This document shows positions 22,886 through 35,883 of a stretch of DNA of 54,026 nt, piece after piece. This DNA comes from Macrostomum lignano (lineage: Eukaryota), in the NCBI GenBank assembly GCA_002269645.1, contig NIVC01003348.1:49061-103086 (forward strand), read 5' to 3'. The notes beneath the pieces were generated by a model that ran no database searches, had not been told where the DNA came from, and saw only the letters and a list, made by a program, of their open reading frames with translations. Positions within the stretch are counted from its first letter, which is position 1; each line of letters opens with the position of its first letter. The translations under genes were made by a program, and so were the position numbers.

Positions 22886-24005
22886 CTTGTCCCAGTCTCT
22901 TGATACGCGCCCCTGTTTCTTTAATTTTAATAATATTCCAGTAAGGGGTAAGAAAACGAGTCTCTAAAGAGCATAGTCATCTGCACCTCCAACATCATAG
23001 ATTTATCGTACCACCCTGTCTGCTTGTTTTTGTGAATATTTTGATCACCGACAGCTTCACACTCTCATTGGTTGGTTGATCGGCCTTCTTGACGTTGCAC
23101 TCATTATCCCCTATTTTGCTTGCTGGTTTTCAAATTCCAAATTTAACTTTTTTTGCGCGATTCTTGATGCCTACTACGAGCAGTGACTTATCCTAATAAA
23201 TTGATCTTGCAGGTAGCTCCTTTCTCAGTCTATGAACGATGGTGAATCAGTAGAATAATTCTAATTCTAGGAATCTCCTGAAGGCTCTCATAGTTTTTTA
23301 TCGGTATCTGTCTACGGGTTGACACATTTCAGGCCATAAGCGAGCAAGTACACGTAATAGTACATGTACATTCAGCGGGTCTCTCTCTCTGTCCCTGCAT
23401 GGCCAATGCGATCCTGTCCCAGCAGCGTTTCTTTAATGGGCTGTGACTTTGAGATTGACAGTTAAAAGACGCTGGCTGGAAGATTGCTTCAGAGCCCTTT
23501 CTCTGCCCAGCAACTGAGCATCTGGGAGGAGTCAGAAGTCCGATTTCAAAAGAGCTGGCTTGTTCCCTCATAAGAGGTCTATTCTGTAAGAGTCTTGACG
23601 ATGTCAAGACTGAAATGAATCCTACAAGCACCGATTGGTCTCAATATTTGGAGTATTCTCAAGGTACGCTCCTCAAGGAACGATCCTGGGCTCAAATCTA
23701 CAATTGCATCGCTGCCGAAAGCCCGATCTAGCTAAGTACATTTCAGTACAGATGAAAATTGTGTAGAAAGCAATACAACCTTGGAGAAAAACATACAAGG
23801 CATTAATCGAGTTTGTACAGACGCGGTTAAAATGATTATTACACGAGCTCACAATGTGTAGCGTCGACTCTTGCATTTTAATTATTGAGCTCACGATAAA
23901 AAACTGTGCATTCACGTACGAGCGTACAGTCCATCAAAATGTTACAGAAAAGAATGTAAGTCAGCATTAACCTCTACAGACCTCGAAATCGCGTGTACAT
24001 GTCGG

Positions 24006-24416
24006 TCACTGTCGATCGATTTTAACAGCATCACTGCCATTGTTGCTAACGCTAAGGTCAGTGCTAGCTACCGGTCGCTCTTCGCCAGAAGTTTGGTCAG
24101 CACTCGGATGATCCGAAGCCGATGGTAATTGCTGCTGACTCGAACTTGGGACTTCGCTATCGACGCCTGACCCACCAACAGCGGCAGTTGCCATCGAAGC
24201 AGCCTTGGCCAGGGCAACCGCCGCCGCCCTGGCAACCCGACTCTCGTACACAGTGTGATCGCCTCCGTCAATCTCTGTGTCGCTATCCTCAGACAGCGGC
24301 TCCTCGCAGGCGCCGTAGACGCCGTCTGGATCGCTGGCCGCGGTGGCATCGTAGGCTGCCGAGGAGCCGCCAGCGCCGACACCTCGTCTGCACAGCAGGT
24401 AGAGCGAATTTCCCAT
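24006..24416 (-). CDS. Possible orphan ORF or first exon with an N-terminal myristoylation/palmitoylation-like motif
   Basis: ATG-initiated MGNSLYLLCRRG followed by an acidic Ser/Ala-rich stretch, in a GC-rich island. No recognisable homology. Confidence 0.4.
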   Translation of the reverse strand: MGNSLYLLCRRGVGAGGSSAAYDATAASDPDGVYGACEEPLSEDSDTEIDGGDHTVYESRVARAAAVALAKAASMATAAVGGSGVDSEVPSSSQQQLPSASDHPSADQTSGEERPVASTDLSVSNNGSDAVKIDRQ

Positions 24417-24974
24417 AATGCTCTCGCAATTGGAACCTTAGCCGCGTTGAACTATGGCTCTGTCCGGTCTCGCAATGAAGTAAGAATTTTTTTAGCTCCA
24501 ATTTTAGTAGCTAACTTAATAACACAGCGCGCGCACTTGCTTATCGAAAGACAAGGTGCTGCGCCTTGAGGCGAAAAGCTAATATACTTCGACCGTTCCT
24601 TTTCCAAGACCTGCTGGCGTGCAATTACAGTAGGTTATATGCACCTGCGTGCAAGGTGATTGACCAAACGTAGCTCGGTGTGCATTTCATTATCGTTCGC
24701 CTCTTGCTAGCGGACGAATGGTAAAAAAGCAACCAACCTCACAAAGAGAAGTAAACATAATAAGATCTCACAAAGTTTAACGTTTCAGTTGCGTGAAAGT
24801 TTTCCTTATCAGTCCTAAGCATATTCAATTGCATGTACATGTAAGTTAATTATGTCAACAGGTGAACATTTTCTAGTAGATTTCCTAGAAAGCATTGTAA
24901 TCCAAGGATGAGTTTCACAGTACGATTTTTGCAATTTTTCAAAGACATAGACTCCCCTACAGCAATGCAGTCCG

Positions 24975-25466
24975 CTGCTGCTGTGAGCAGTCCGTCTGCG
25001 AGAGACTGTCTGCATGCCTGCCACCGTAAAGACTACGCCACGTGACTTGCGTCACTCTGAGCACATGTGTCTGCCAGCTTCATCAACGACGCGTCAAGGC
25101 CAGAGCTGTGGGATCCAACGTCGGAGCGGCTGTGTGGAAGGTCGACACGTTTGACGAGAGAGACGGCTGACGAACTTGAGTGCGCTGTTTGTCAGTGAGT
25201 AGCCAAATTGTGTTGGTTGCTTGACGAGCTCAGCTCAGCACAGACAGCAAAAAGCTCCGACTGGTTGCAGACTCCAGCGTCGACAGGAGGTGCCCGCGAC
25301 CGGCTGTTACCGAATGGAGGCCTCGGGAGCGGCGGGAGGAGGCAGCGGCTTCAGCAACACGAATGGCGGCAGGGGCGCCTCCATCGCTGGCAGCTTCAAC
25401 CTGACGGGCGGCACGCGGCTGTCGGTCGTTGTGGGACAGGCGGGCGGCAGCGGCTCCGGTGGGTGC
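24975..25466 (+). pseudogene. Decayed PAN-like remnant plus ALK/LTK-type glycine-rich domain fragment (copy 2)
   Basis: VPATGCYRMEASGAAGGGSGFSNTNGGRGASIAGSFNLTGGTRLSVVVGQAGGSG (about 25290-25460). Upstream SSPSARDCLHACH segment contains in-frame stops. Confidence 0.65.
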
Positions 25467-26065
25467 AGTAGCGCCATTCAAGGCCCGATTTCGTGTCCAA
25501 TTTGCTGGCCGAGGTGGCCTCTAGCGTAAAAATTGTGGTCAACAGATGCTTAAAACACCGAGTTGCACTCACTGCATGGATGACAAACCAGAGGAACTGA
25601 TGCGCTGTGGCACGTATAGGCAGTCGATGAAGTGTACTCGCTCCCAGCATCTTCGATCTAAAGCGCTGCTTAACCATCAGAGGGCTCAGTTGTCGTTCTG
25701 CATGAGCACACTCTGTGCCGATGCACAACTACCTGGTGTAGACTCTCAAGTCGTTTATTTTAGTTGGATGTCTTGGACGCAAGTCGCGTACGCAGAAATT
25801 TTAATTGGTAGCTGTGTGCCGTTTTTGTCAATTACCTACGGACCCATTTTGATACACAAGACGCCTTTAGTTAATGCTAAATGTGTTAAGAGCAAACTTT
25901 GCTCTTTTAAGTTTAAAAGTTGGCTCTAAAATGCACCGTAAATTAGACAAATTTGACTTCTGTACCGGTACTTCCGAGTATTATTTAAAGCCAGTAGATA
26001 CGTAGTACTAAGTCTTTTCAGAAAGTCTGAAAGCGAATTCTAGAATGCTTTTCTATAATTAGCTA

Positions 26066-26617
<552 letters not shown>

Positions 26618-27458
26618 TCACTGTCTCACTGTCGCATGAGATGGAGCCAAATGTCCAAACACCTGCTGCAATTCCCTCACCATTTCCCCGCAGAAAGTGG
26701 AACTTCATCACGACGCGTAGGTCGTGTTTCGTGAACGATTGCTACATAACATTGCAAACAGAGGACTGCAATTTTGAGTGCGATTGACAGGAACTGAATG
26801 GACCTGAGAGACCGGGAATTTGTGTGTGGAAGGCAGGCCCTGTGCAATATGTTTTGATGTATTGGCGCGTCTCTGCAGTTACTGACCGAAAACAACTTTC
26901 GTAATAGACTTCGTAGTTCAACAAAGTTTATTCACAAGGTTAAGACTTATTATAGTTGGGCAAAAATACCCACTTGCAAGAAGCGATGAAAATTTCAACT
27001 ACTTAGACAGTTTGTATGTAGGTACATAAGCATTCGAGACTTATCGTAAGGCTTATATCGACCTAACTAATAGATAGCCAGGTCCAATGGCTGCATGCGT
27101 CTCCGGCTGTCATCTGGCCTACGGCGGATATTTCACCGTGCTTGTCTGTTGTCCCATACCTCACTTCGAGTAAAGGGACAAGACTTGTGCAGCATACTAC
27201 TGACATCAGCACTGACATCACTAATCATGCCTTTAGTGTAAAGTGTATCCGTAAATTTTCCGTGAAGACGCAAAAGAATAAAGAAATCATAAACTAGAAT
27301 GCTTTTCTAGAATTAGCTAATCGGAATGGTCTATCTCGCTTTTGTCTATTTTTGTTGCACACGGGTCTTTTTAGGAAATTTCCTGGGAACACGAGTGTCG
27401 CGTCAGATAGAACCTAATTTCCTGCTCTTATTACTATAAAAAAGTCTTGTTATTCCTC

Positions 27459-28385
27459 TCAGCACAGTCCGTACAAAAACTCGACTTCGGCATCGCTCAG
27501 AGCTCTCTCAGACACACCGAAGCATCTCATGTAGCCCTGGAACACGCGGTTGTGACTGGAATTGCGGCTGACAACTCCAATCTCCACGGTGCTGCCGAAA
27601 TCCGCGCACGATGTGACAGCAGCTATCGGACCACTGGTGGCTTTCTGAGTTCCGTTGACGTAGATCCTGATTTCCGGTGTCTGTCTGTCGTACACTGCGG
27701 CGATGTGGGTCCAACCGCTGGCCGTGTCAGTGGGTCCAGAAAATCTGAATTTCGCTAGTGGAGCCACCACATAGAGAAGTATGTCAGTGCTTGAGGGGAA
27801 AAGCCAGAACCGCGTTCTATACATGCCTTCCATAAGTGGCATCGCTCCTCTCGAAGCGTTGGTTACCTTGACCCACACTGACATGGTGAGGCTGGTGAGA
27901 CACACTGAAGTCAGCTCGTCAATGTTGAACCTCTCTGACACACCCGACTGACCGGTGAAGTTGACGGAGTCGTCCGTGTACTGCATCGGGATGTTCTCCT
28001 GCAGGTCGAGATGGCCGCTGTTCGAGACCGCATTGCGAGTCCGAGTGGCGTTGCTCATGGGCCAGAAGGCGACGAAGCCGAGCTGGCGCAGGGCGCTCCA
28101 CGCCAGGCAGTCGGTGTCGTTCGTCAGACTGGCGGTCTGGAGACTGTCCGACATGTTGCAGACGCCTGCGCGGTGGCTCCATGCGATGCAGGGACGACTT
28201 GGCTGACTGGAGCACAGGAAGGCGCACATGCGGGCATTCGAGGCCGTCAGCGAGTGCTGCGGAGTCTGTGGCACCACGCAGCCTCCGAGAGAGACAACGT
28301 TTGGCAGGGTTCCATTGCCGCAGTGCGTCAGGATTGGCAGCAGAATTGCCACAGTCAGTCCTGCTAAGATGCTGCAGTTGCTCAT
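27459..28385 (-). CDS. Intronless secreted protein: signal peptide, PAN/apple-like domain, LamG/concanavalin A-like (LamG_3/pentraxin-like) domain; 308 aa
   Basis: Hydrophobic N-terminus (ILAGLTVAILLPILTHC). Cys pattern SNARMCAFLC...CIAWS...GVC.M. LamG motifs VAFWPM, LTMSVWVK, GWTHIAAVYD...IRIYVNG, FQGYM..F.V..RALSDAEV..LY. Confidence 0.9.
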   Translation of the reverse strand: MSNCSILAGLTVAILLPILTHCGNGTLPNVVSLGGCVVPQTPQHSLTASNARMCAFLCSSQPSRPCIAWSHRAGVCNMSDSLQTASLTNDTDCLAWSALRQLGFVAFWPMSNATRTRNAVSNSGHLDLQENIPMQYTDDSVNFTGQSGVSERFNIDELTSVCLTSLTMSVWVKVTNASRGAMPLMEGMYRTRFWLFPSSTDILLYVVAPLAKFRFSGPTDTASGWTHIAAVYDRQTPEIRIYVNGTQKATSGPIAAVTSCADFGSTVEIGVVSRNSSHNRVFQGYMRCFGVSERALSDAEVEFLYGLC

Positions 28386-28790
28386 GTCTGGGTGAAAAGT
28401 TTTAGATGATGCAGCTGTAGGAAACTCTCAGAAGCTGTAGGAGCTTCATTTTTATTTCAATACTTCCCCTACTGCTCTTGTCATGCGTTATAGCTGAAGA
28501 CACCTCATCAAATATGCATCGGGCGAGGGAATTAGGAAAGGCAATCTGCCTATCCTACTGCTTTGACAAAACTTTTAGCAGCAAATTTCGCCAAGCCGCT
28601 TCACACGCAAGCGCGTTTTTAATGAGGAAGAAATTTCCTACCGCCTCATCCTGCAGCTTCCAGTCGCTGTTTTTCTCCAACTGCGACGGCTGCAGAAACT
28701 CCGTAGAAGAATAATTAGCTGCCATGCGAGGCAGCTGGGGCTGCGTGTTGCCAGAGTGACGAAACAATATGCTGAAGTATGCTCCATAAC

Positions 28791-30092
28791 GGATGATTGT
28801 GGCGCCTCTATTGCATAGATTGTGGCGCCTCTATTGCATAGATTGTGGCGTCTCTAATGCATAGATTGTGGCGCCTCTATTGCATAGATTGTGGCGCCTC
28901 TAATGCATAGATTGTGGCGCCTCTAATGCATAGATTGTGGCGCCTCTAATGCATAGATTGTGGCGCCTCTAATGCATAGATTGTGGCGCCTCTAATGCAT
29001 AGATTGTGCATGTCGTCTCCAATGCATAGATTGTGGCGCCTCTAATGCATAGATTGTGGCGCCTCTAATGCATAGACTGTGGCGCGTCTAATGCATAGAT
29101 TTTGCATGTCGTCTCCAATGCATAGATTGTGGCGCCTCTAATGCATAGATTGTGGCGCCTCTAATGCATAGATTGTGGCGCCTCTAATGCATAGATTGTG
29201 GCGCCTCTAATGCATAGATTGTGCATGTCGTCTCCAATGCATAGATTGTGGCGCCTCTAATGCATAGATTGTGGCGCCTCTAATGCATAGACTGTGGCGC
29301 CTCTAATGCATAGATTTTGCATGTCGTCTCCAATGCATAGATTGTGGCGCCTCTAATGCATAGATTGTGGCGTCTCTATTGCATAGATTGTGGCCCTCTA
29401 ATGCATAGATTGTGGCGCCTCTAATGCATAGATTGTGGCGTCTCTAATGCATAGATTGTGGCGCCTCTAATGCATAGATTGTGGCCCTCTAATGCATAGA
29501 TTGTGGCCCTCTAATGCATAGATTGTGGCGCCTCTAATGCATAGATTGTGGCGTCTCTAATGCATAGACTGTTCAGCCTCTAATGCATAGATTGTGCATG
29601 TCGTCTCCAATGCATAGATTGTGGCGTCTCTAATGCATAGATTGTGGCGCCTCTAATGCATAGATTGTGGCGTCTCTAATGCATAGACTGTTCAGCCTCT
29701 AATGCATAGATTGTGGCTTCTCTAATGCATAGATTGTGCATGTCGTCTCTATTGCATAGATTGTGGCGCCTCTAATGCATAGATTGTGGCGTCTCTATTG
29801 CATAGATTGTGGCGCCTCTAATGCATAGATTGTGGCGTCTCTAATGCATAGACTGTTCAGCCTCTAATGCATAGATTGTGGCTTCTCTAATGCATAGATT
29901 GTGCATGTCGTCTCCAATGCATAGATTGTGGCGCCTCTAATGCATAGATTGTGGCGCCTCTAATGCATAGATTGTGACGCCTCTAATGCATAGATTGTGG
30001 CGCCTCTAATGCATACATTGTGGCGCCTCTAATTCATACATTGTGGCGCCTCTAATTCATACATTGTGGCGCCTGTAATTCATAGATTGTGC
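28791..30092. repeat. 23-bp minisatellite (ATTGTGGCGCCTCTAATGCATAG)
   Basis: About 55 visible tandem units. Confidence 0.97.
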
Positions 30093-30596
30093 CGCCTTAA
30101 ATATAAATAGGCTTATTTTAAAAGCCTATAGGGGATAGCTCGTATTGCAGCTAACTAACCAAAATTTCAGTTATTTTGCATTCTCTCTACTTGAAGTAGT
30201 CAAATCTAGATATGCATGATATGCGTTCCGCTTTTTGGAAAATTATCGCCTAAAAGTTTTCCATTCTATTTATTGGCCATACAGCGAACTCTCAGTTTAA
30301 ATATTTTATCGATGTACTTATAGATCCATTTAGTGCTGACTGAGGGCTGAAAGTGTTTTGAGTAAATAGCATAGCTACTAAAGGATTGGATCAATATGCA
30401 CTCTAGCCTGGAGGCTGATCAATATTGAATTGGGGCATTATTAATGCGAGATACAGCTGCCACACTGTCAGCCTTGCCTATCGCTGAAGAATTCGTCAAT
30501 ATATTGTTTTATATTTCTCAGTCGAAAGGAACTTCTCTGATCTTTTTTATGCTTTCAAGTATAAGATAAACTCCTCAGAATACGCTTTCTGACCCT

Positions 30597-30880
30597 CTTC
30601 ATGATGCTTCAGGACCTTCATGATGCTTCAGGACCTTCATGATGCTTCAGGACCTTCATGATGCTTCAGGACCTTCATGATGCTTCAGGACCTTCATGAT
30701 GCTTCAGGACCTTCATGATGCTTCAGGACCTTCATGATGCTTCAGGACCTTCATGATGCTTCAGGACCTTCATGATGCTTCAGGACCTTCATGATGCTTC
30801 AGGACCTTCATGATGCTTCAGGGCCTTCATAATGCTTCAGGACCTTCATGATGCTTCAGGACCTTCATGATGCTTCAGGA
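30597..30880. repeat. Near-perfect 19-bp minisatellite (ATGATGCTTCAGGACCTTC)
   Basis: About 15 almost identical units. Confidence 0.97.
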
Positions 30881-31409
30881 CGCGGCGCCAAAATGAGTGC
30901 CTGGGGCGCTAAAATGAGTGCTGACAACACCGATTCTGAAAATAATGTACATGTAAGGATTTTGTCATGTACATGTACATGTATAATTATTAGCTTTGTC
31001 CCCCTACCATAAAATCCATGGCGACACCCCTGGAACCGTCTGTCTGTACAAGAGGTACGCCGGCATGCGTCCTACTGCCGGAATCAGTGCCTTGGGCGAC
31101 ATAGGGTCGATTCCATCGTAGTCAATAACCGCGGACCACGCAAAATGTGTGTGCATATTGACTACTCAATTGTGTCGACCTGTGTGACTGTCTGCTACAT
31201 GCACTATTCATGGTTTACTGTTATCCCCTCTTTTGCTAAATCACCTGTTAACTCATGCTTGTTCTAAAAATATATTTATTCGTCCTCAGATCAAAGACCA
31301 ATATACGTTTAATGGTCCTGGTTTTCAGGACCATTAAAATATTTTTAGCATTCCGCGCGATAATTAACCCACAGACTACCACACTTTCCCGGCACATAAA
31401 GAGCCCAAT

Positions 31410-33521
31410 CAAGGAATTCTAAATCTAGCAACTGGAATGACAACTGAAATATCAGCTATACAAGATGAGGCCAAGATTAGAGATCGCAAGCGTGCGACGT
31501 AAACATAGAGTATTTAAAAAGAAGGATCGTATTTCAAAGCATATTTCCGAAACAATAACAAAAGCAGAGGAATGAAACGCGACACAAGAAGACGTTGAAA
31601 TTATATCAATTTCTAGATGTAACACAAGTAGGCACAGGAGCATGTCAAGCAAGCAAAGCAAGAGTAGATGGCTTATAAACTGTAATTGAGAAACTGTAAC
31701 AAAGAGTAAACAAAAAGAAACGAAAACTGCAAGCAAAATTCAGAAATGTCTGGCCGGCGAAGAAAGAATACAGCAATAAAACTAAATGAATCTCACTTTT
31801 GCCAGGCCAGTTACGCCAGTCTGGCTATACGCAAAATTGTTAGTGGGCACCACGCATCAAAATCAATGCTTCTCACCTGTGAGTTTTTGCAGTTTCGTCA
31901 ACTTCCTCTTCAATGTTTGCTTTGTCTCAGCTTGATTGATCTGCTTTGTTAGCATATTGGACATGCAATTAAAAAACCTGTTGATGATCTCGCGGACCAG
32001 ATCATGGCCAGCGGTGCAGTGTGTCCTACCAAATAGAAAGTCACCATGATCTGTCAGCACGAGGTCCATCACGAGATAAAATGTCTCCCTTTGATTGAAA
32101 GCTGACAGAAGTTTGTGTTTTAGATTGGGTGTGTTCTTGACCTCTGTGAAGACACGCCAGCATAGCATGCTGTGCTGAGTCGTCTCATAGGCATGTAGTC
32201 GGTTGTAGCGCAATTTGAGATAGTCAGAGTTGTCCAGACCTGTAGACCCCATCCTCCTTGTTATTTTTCGAAGGACATTAACTGATGGCAGTATTAGCGA
32301 TTTGGTCTCCAGAAGCCGCTGATAAGCAGCCGGACTCACAGAAAACAGAATATGAGAGAAAACGATCAACTCGTGTGAATAGCGTCGAGCATGCTTGTCC
32401 ACATTAACCAGCTTGAGCTGCTCAGTAATAAAAGCCAGGCAAGACGGTGCACTGCCGTCCGACAGACAATTGTCCTGCTGGAGCAACTGTTTGAGACTAT
32501 CTAGAGCAGCCTCTTTGTGGTCAACGTGGAATGCATTGGATTCAGTTGCAGACTTCACAAAGGCCATTAAATTCACAAGCTGCGTGGCTGAACTCAGAGT
32601 TGAGGACACTGGAATGATGTGGCTGTACTGTTTTGGCGATACTGCCTGGCTGCCATAAAAAACTAGGACTTCCAACTTACAAATTCACGACTAAGCAACT
32701 CTTGATCATGGGAGGTAGACCATTAGCTATAAGCATAATGCTGAGAGTGTCTGCTGATTGATGCGCAGCAAATCCTGACGGCTTCTTCTCTTTCGAAAGC
32801 TTAGCGACCAGATCATCAAGTGAGCGAATTCTTTCACTGGCAAAATAATCTCTCTCTTGTTGTTCCACTTGTGCGACATCAATCTCGTGACGCCGTTGCG
32901 ACGATGCGTTTCCTGATCGCGAAGCTGGTGGAGTTTTTGTGAAATATGATGGCTGGTCGTGCTGTCGTGCTGTATTGGGTGGGAACTGCATCTTCTCTTA
33001 ATCTTCTTTTTACAAGATTGGCACCTTCTTCGTGTTGTTTCTTTTTCCGATATGCATTGCTGTCCTGATTCTCAGTAATAAAATCTGATTCCGTGAAGTG
33101 AAGAGAGCAAATTCGAGTGTGCTTCGATGGCTTGAAAGTTGCTTCTCGGGAAATGCTATTTAACCATTTTTCCAGCAGGTCGTCTCGATTCGGAAACTTG
33201 TGGAATTAAATCCTCGATGACCGTGTCGTTGCCGACTCGCTGCCGGACTCGCAGCCAAAAACGGCGCATTTGGCATGCAGAGGACTCAAAACTTCTGCAG
33301 AGGACGCAGAGACTTGGCTTCAGGAAAGTCACTCTGGTAAATTAGTGCTTACAGGCTAAGACAAAATAAGGCGAGCGAAGCTGATTCTTCTTAGTGGCAA
33401 TCTAAGTTGATGCAGCAAACAAAATCCTATGTCTGTGGCAATCGCAGTAAGCCTCATCTTGTATAAAAAAAGTCCTCACCGCTACTTCAGTTGTCATTCC
33501 AGTAGGATTTAGAATTCCTTG
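31410..33521 (-). mobile_element. P-element-like (THAP transposase) DNA transposon, internally deleted and pseudogenised
   Basis: TIRs CAAGGAATTCTAAATC...ACTGGAATGACAACTGAA at 31410 and 33521. THAP domain C AVFGC...FHKFP...W...R...ICSLHF...L..DAVPT from ATG 33276. RRYS...SPAAY..L...LILPS..VL segment follows. There are frameshifts, an in-frame TAA (33206-33208) and no DDE core. No TSD was recognised. Confidence 0.85.
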
Positions 33522-33593
33522 GTTTTTTAGAGCATGCACTACATAGCGAGTGCGGCCTTTACCTCAGCTTTCTTTAGACTTATCCCGTATTAT

Positions 33594-33968
33594 TACTGTC
33601 TGCGTGTCTTCTGTCTGTCTTAGTGTCTGCGTGTCTTCTGTCTGTCTGTCTTAGTGTCTGCGTGTCTTCTGTCTGTCTGTCTTAGTGTCTGTCTTAGTGT
33701 CTGCGTGTCTTCTGTCTGTCTGTCTTAGTGTCTGTCTTGGTGTCTGTCTGTCTTAGTGTCTGTCTTGGTGTCTGTCTGTTTTAGTGTCTGTCTTAGTGTC
33801 TGTCTGTTTTAGTGTCTGTCTTAGTGTCTGTCTGTTTTAGTGTCTGTCTTAGTGTCCGTCTGTCTGTCTGTCTATCTTAGTGTCCGTCTGTCTGTCTGTC
33901 TTAGTGTCTGTCTTAGTGTCTGTCTGTCTGTCTTAGTGTCTGTCTGTCTGTCTGTCTGTCTGACTATG

Positions 33969-34021
<53 letters not shown>

Positions 34022-34078
34022 GCCTGTCTGTCATGTGTCTGTCTGTCTGTCTATGTGTCTGTCTGTCTGTCTGTCCGT
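33594..34078. repeat. (GTCT)n-derived microsatellite/minisatellite
   Basis: Direct inspection. Confidence 0.93.
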
Positions 34079-35075
34079 GTTTCGAGAAGTTAGATGAAGA
34101 GAGTCAAGTTCAAATCAGTATGTTTGCACAGAAGTGCATTAGATATTTAGCTAGTGCATTAGATATGCTTTTTAAGTAAAACAAAATAAGTTTCTGCCTC
34201 ATTATTTCGTGCACCAACAAAAAGAATTAAGCAACTTAGAATAAAAACACATTTATTTATTACAGTACATTAAGTACTAACTTTGCAAGCAGTCAATCTA
34301 CTCACAAGGCCAACAGTGCAAAAATGAGCAGGCAAAAATAATAACCAACAACTCTGTTTGAATCTGTTTAATTAACTTATATTCAAACAGCTACTGAACA
34401 ATATTCTATCTTCTAGATATCTACTAGAATAGCCAGCTATACCAACAAAGACTTCCGAGTGCAGATGGCGATCGAAGAAAGTTGAGTTAAGTTTGGGGAC
34501 AGCTAAAAATCTACGAGCGTACGTGTACACCAGAGTGCATTTGCACGCATGAAAGACTTTCGAAAAAAATAGAAAAAAATAACACCCTAAACGCGTATAA
34601 ACTACTCATGTTAAGTAGTTTTCGTCTATTGTCGATTTCGAAGCTCTGAAAAAACAAGTTTACACGCTCGCGCCAGACTGGTGCAAGAAAGTACAAAAAT
34701 AGATGACATATACTCGTATGTGTCAACAAAGGTTAAAGTTCATTCATGAGACTAGGCAGGTAAATATCTCCGATTAGACGTCTCTCTTGGTGGCAATTTT
34801 GTGTGCTAATTTTGCAAGCAAAAAAATCTAATCTGTCACAAAAGCATTCACTGGGATTGTTAAGGTGACGGGCTGTTTAATAGAGTTAATATTATTGGTC
34901 ATGTGCAAGTTTGCTATTATTAAATATAGCAAAAACTGAACGCATGCAAAGCAGTTAAAGCAGGTTATCTGTCTCGGCAGAATTTAATGTCTGACATCCT
35001 TAACTGAAAGTTAATGTACTAGGCCAACAAGGGGCGTGACATGGGGATTGCTGGGAAGTTTAGTATGACAATCCT

Positions 35076-35515
35076 GACAGTCCTGACCTGACACCTCCTG
35101 ACATCCCTTATCTGACAACTCCTGATATCCCTGATCTGACAACTCCTGATATCCCTGATCTGACACCTCCTGATATCCCTGATCTGACACCTCCTGATAT
35201 CCCTGATCTGACACCTCCTGATATCCCTGATCTGACACCTCCTGACATCCCTGATCTGACACCTCCTGACATCCCTGATCTGACACCTCCTGATATCCCT
35301 GATCTGACACCTCCTGACATCCCTGATCTGACAACTTCTGACATCCCTGATCTGACACCTCCTGATATCCCTGATCTGACACCTCCTGATATCCCTGATC
35401 TGACACCTCCTGACATCCCTGATCTGACAACTCCTGACATCCCTGATCTGACACCTCCTGACATCCCTGATCTGACAACTCCTGACATCCCTGATCTGAC
35501 AACTCCTGACATCCT
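35076..35515. repeat. 24-bp minisatellite (CCTGATCTGACACCTCCTGATATC)
   Basis: About 18 tandem units. Confidence 0.96.
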
Positions 35516-35883
35516 CCTGCACACGCCCCCAATTTAGAAAATAAACTCTAATCTGGACACGCAAAACACACAAACAAAAATAGAGGGCAAAGTCTGTTAC
35601 TTTAGTTAAGCAAAGAATAGTTTTAAAAAAAGATGGTTAAAAAAGCATGTACCAAACAGAACACTGTTTTATAAGGAATGTTTTTTCTGACAGCCTGCAC
35701 AAATAGCAATACGGGTACAAGTTATAAAAATAATCTTTTAAAGAAAGAAAAGTGTGTCAAACAACACACGCAAGAGAAAGTGCGACAAAGTTGAAAACAA
35801 CATTAAAAACGGTTCTGTTGACGTGGACGGATTTTGGTAGGCAGCCAATCTTTGTCATAAAAACATTTTGCACAATTATCTAC

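Noticed and set aside
22051-22903. Cys/Val-rich ORFs up to 260 aa
   Set aside because: Translations of the 19-bp minisatellite.
28555-28790. 70-aa ORF upstream of the PAN-LamG gene as a possible first exon
   Set aside because: Splicing it to the 28388 acceptor gives the wrong frame, the LamG ORF has its own signal peptide, and there is no recognisable homology.
28791-30880. CRISPR-like appearance of the regular 23-bp and 19-bp repeats
   Set aside because: Units are head-to-tail with no unique spacers, there are no cas genes, and the context is eukaryotic.
31080-31120. GGGTCGATTCC, a B-box-like tRNA/SINE signal
   Set aside because: No convincing A box or cloverleaf.
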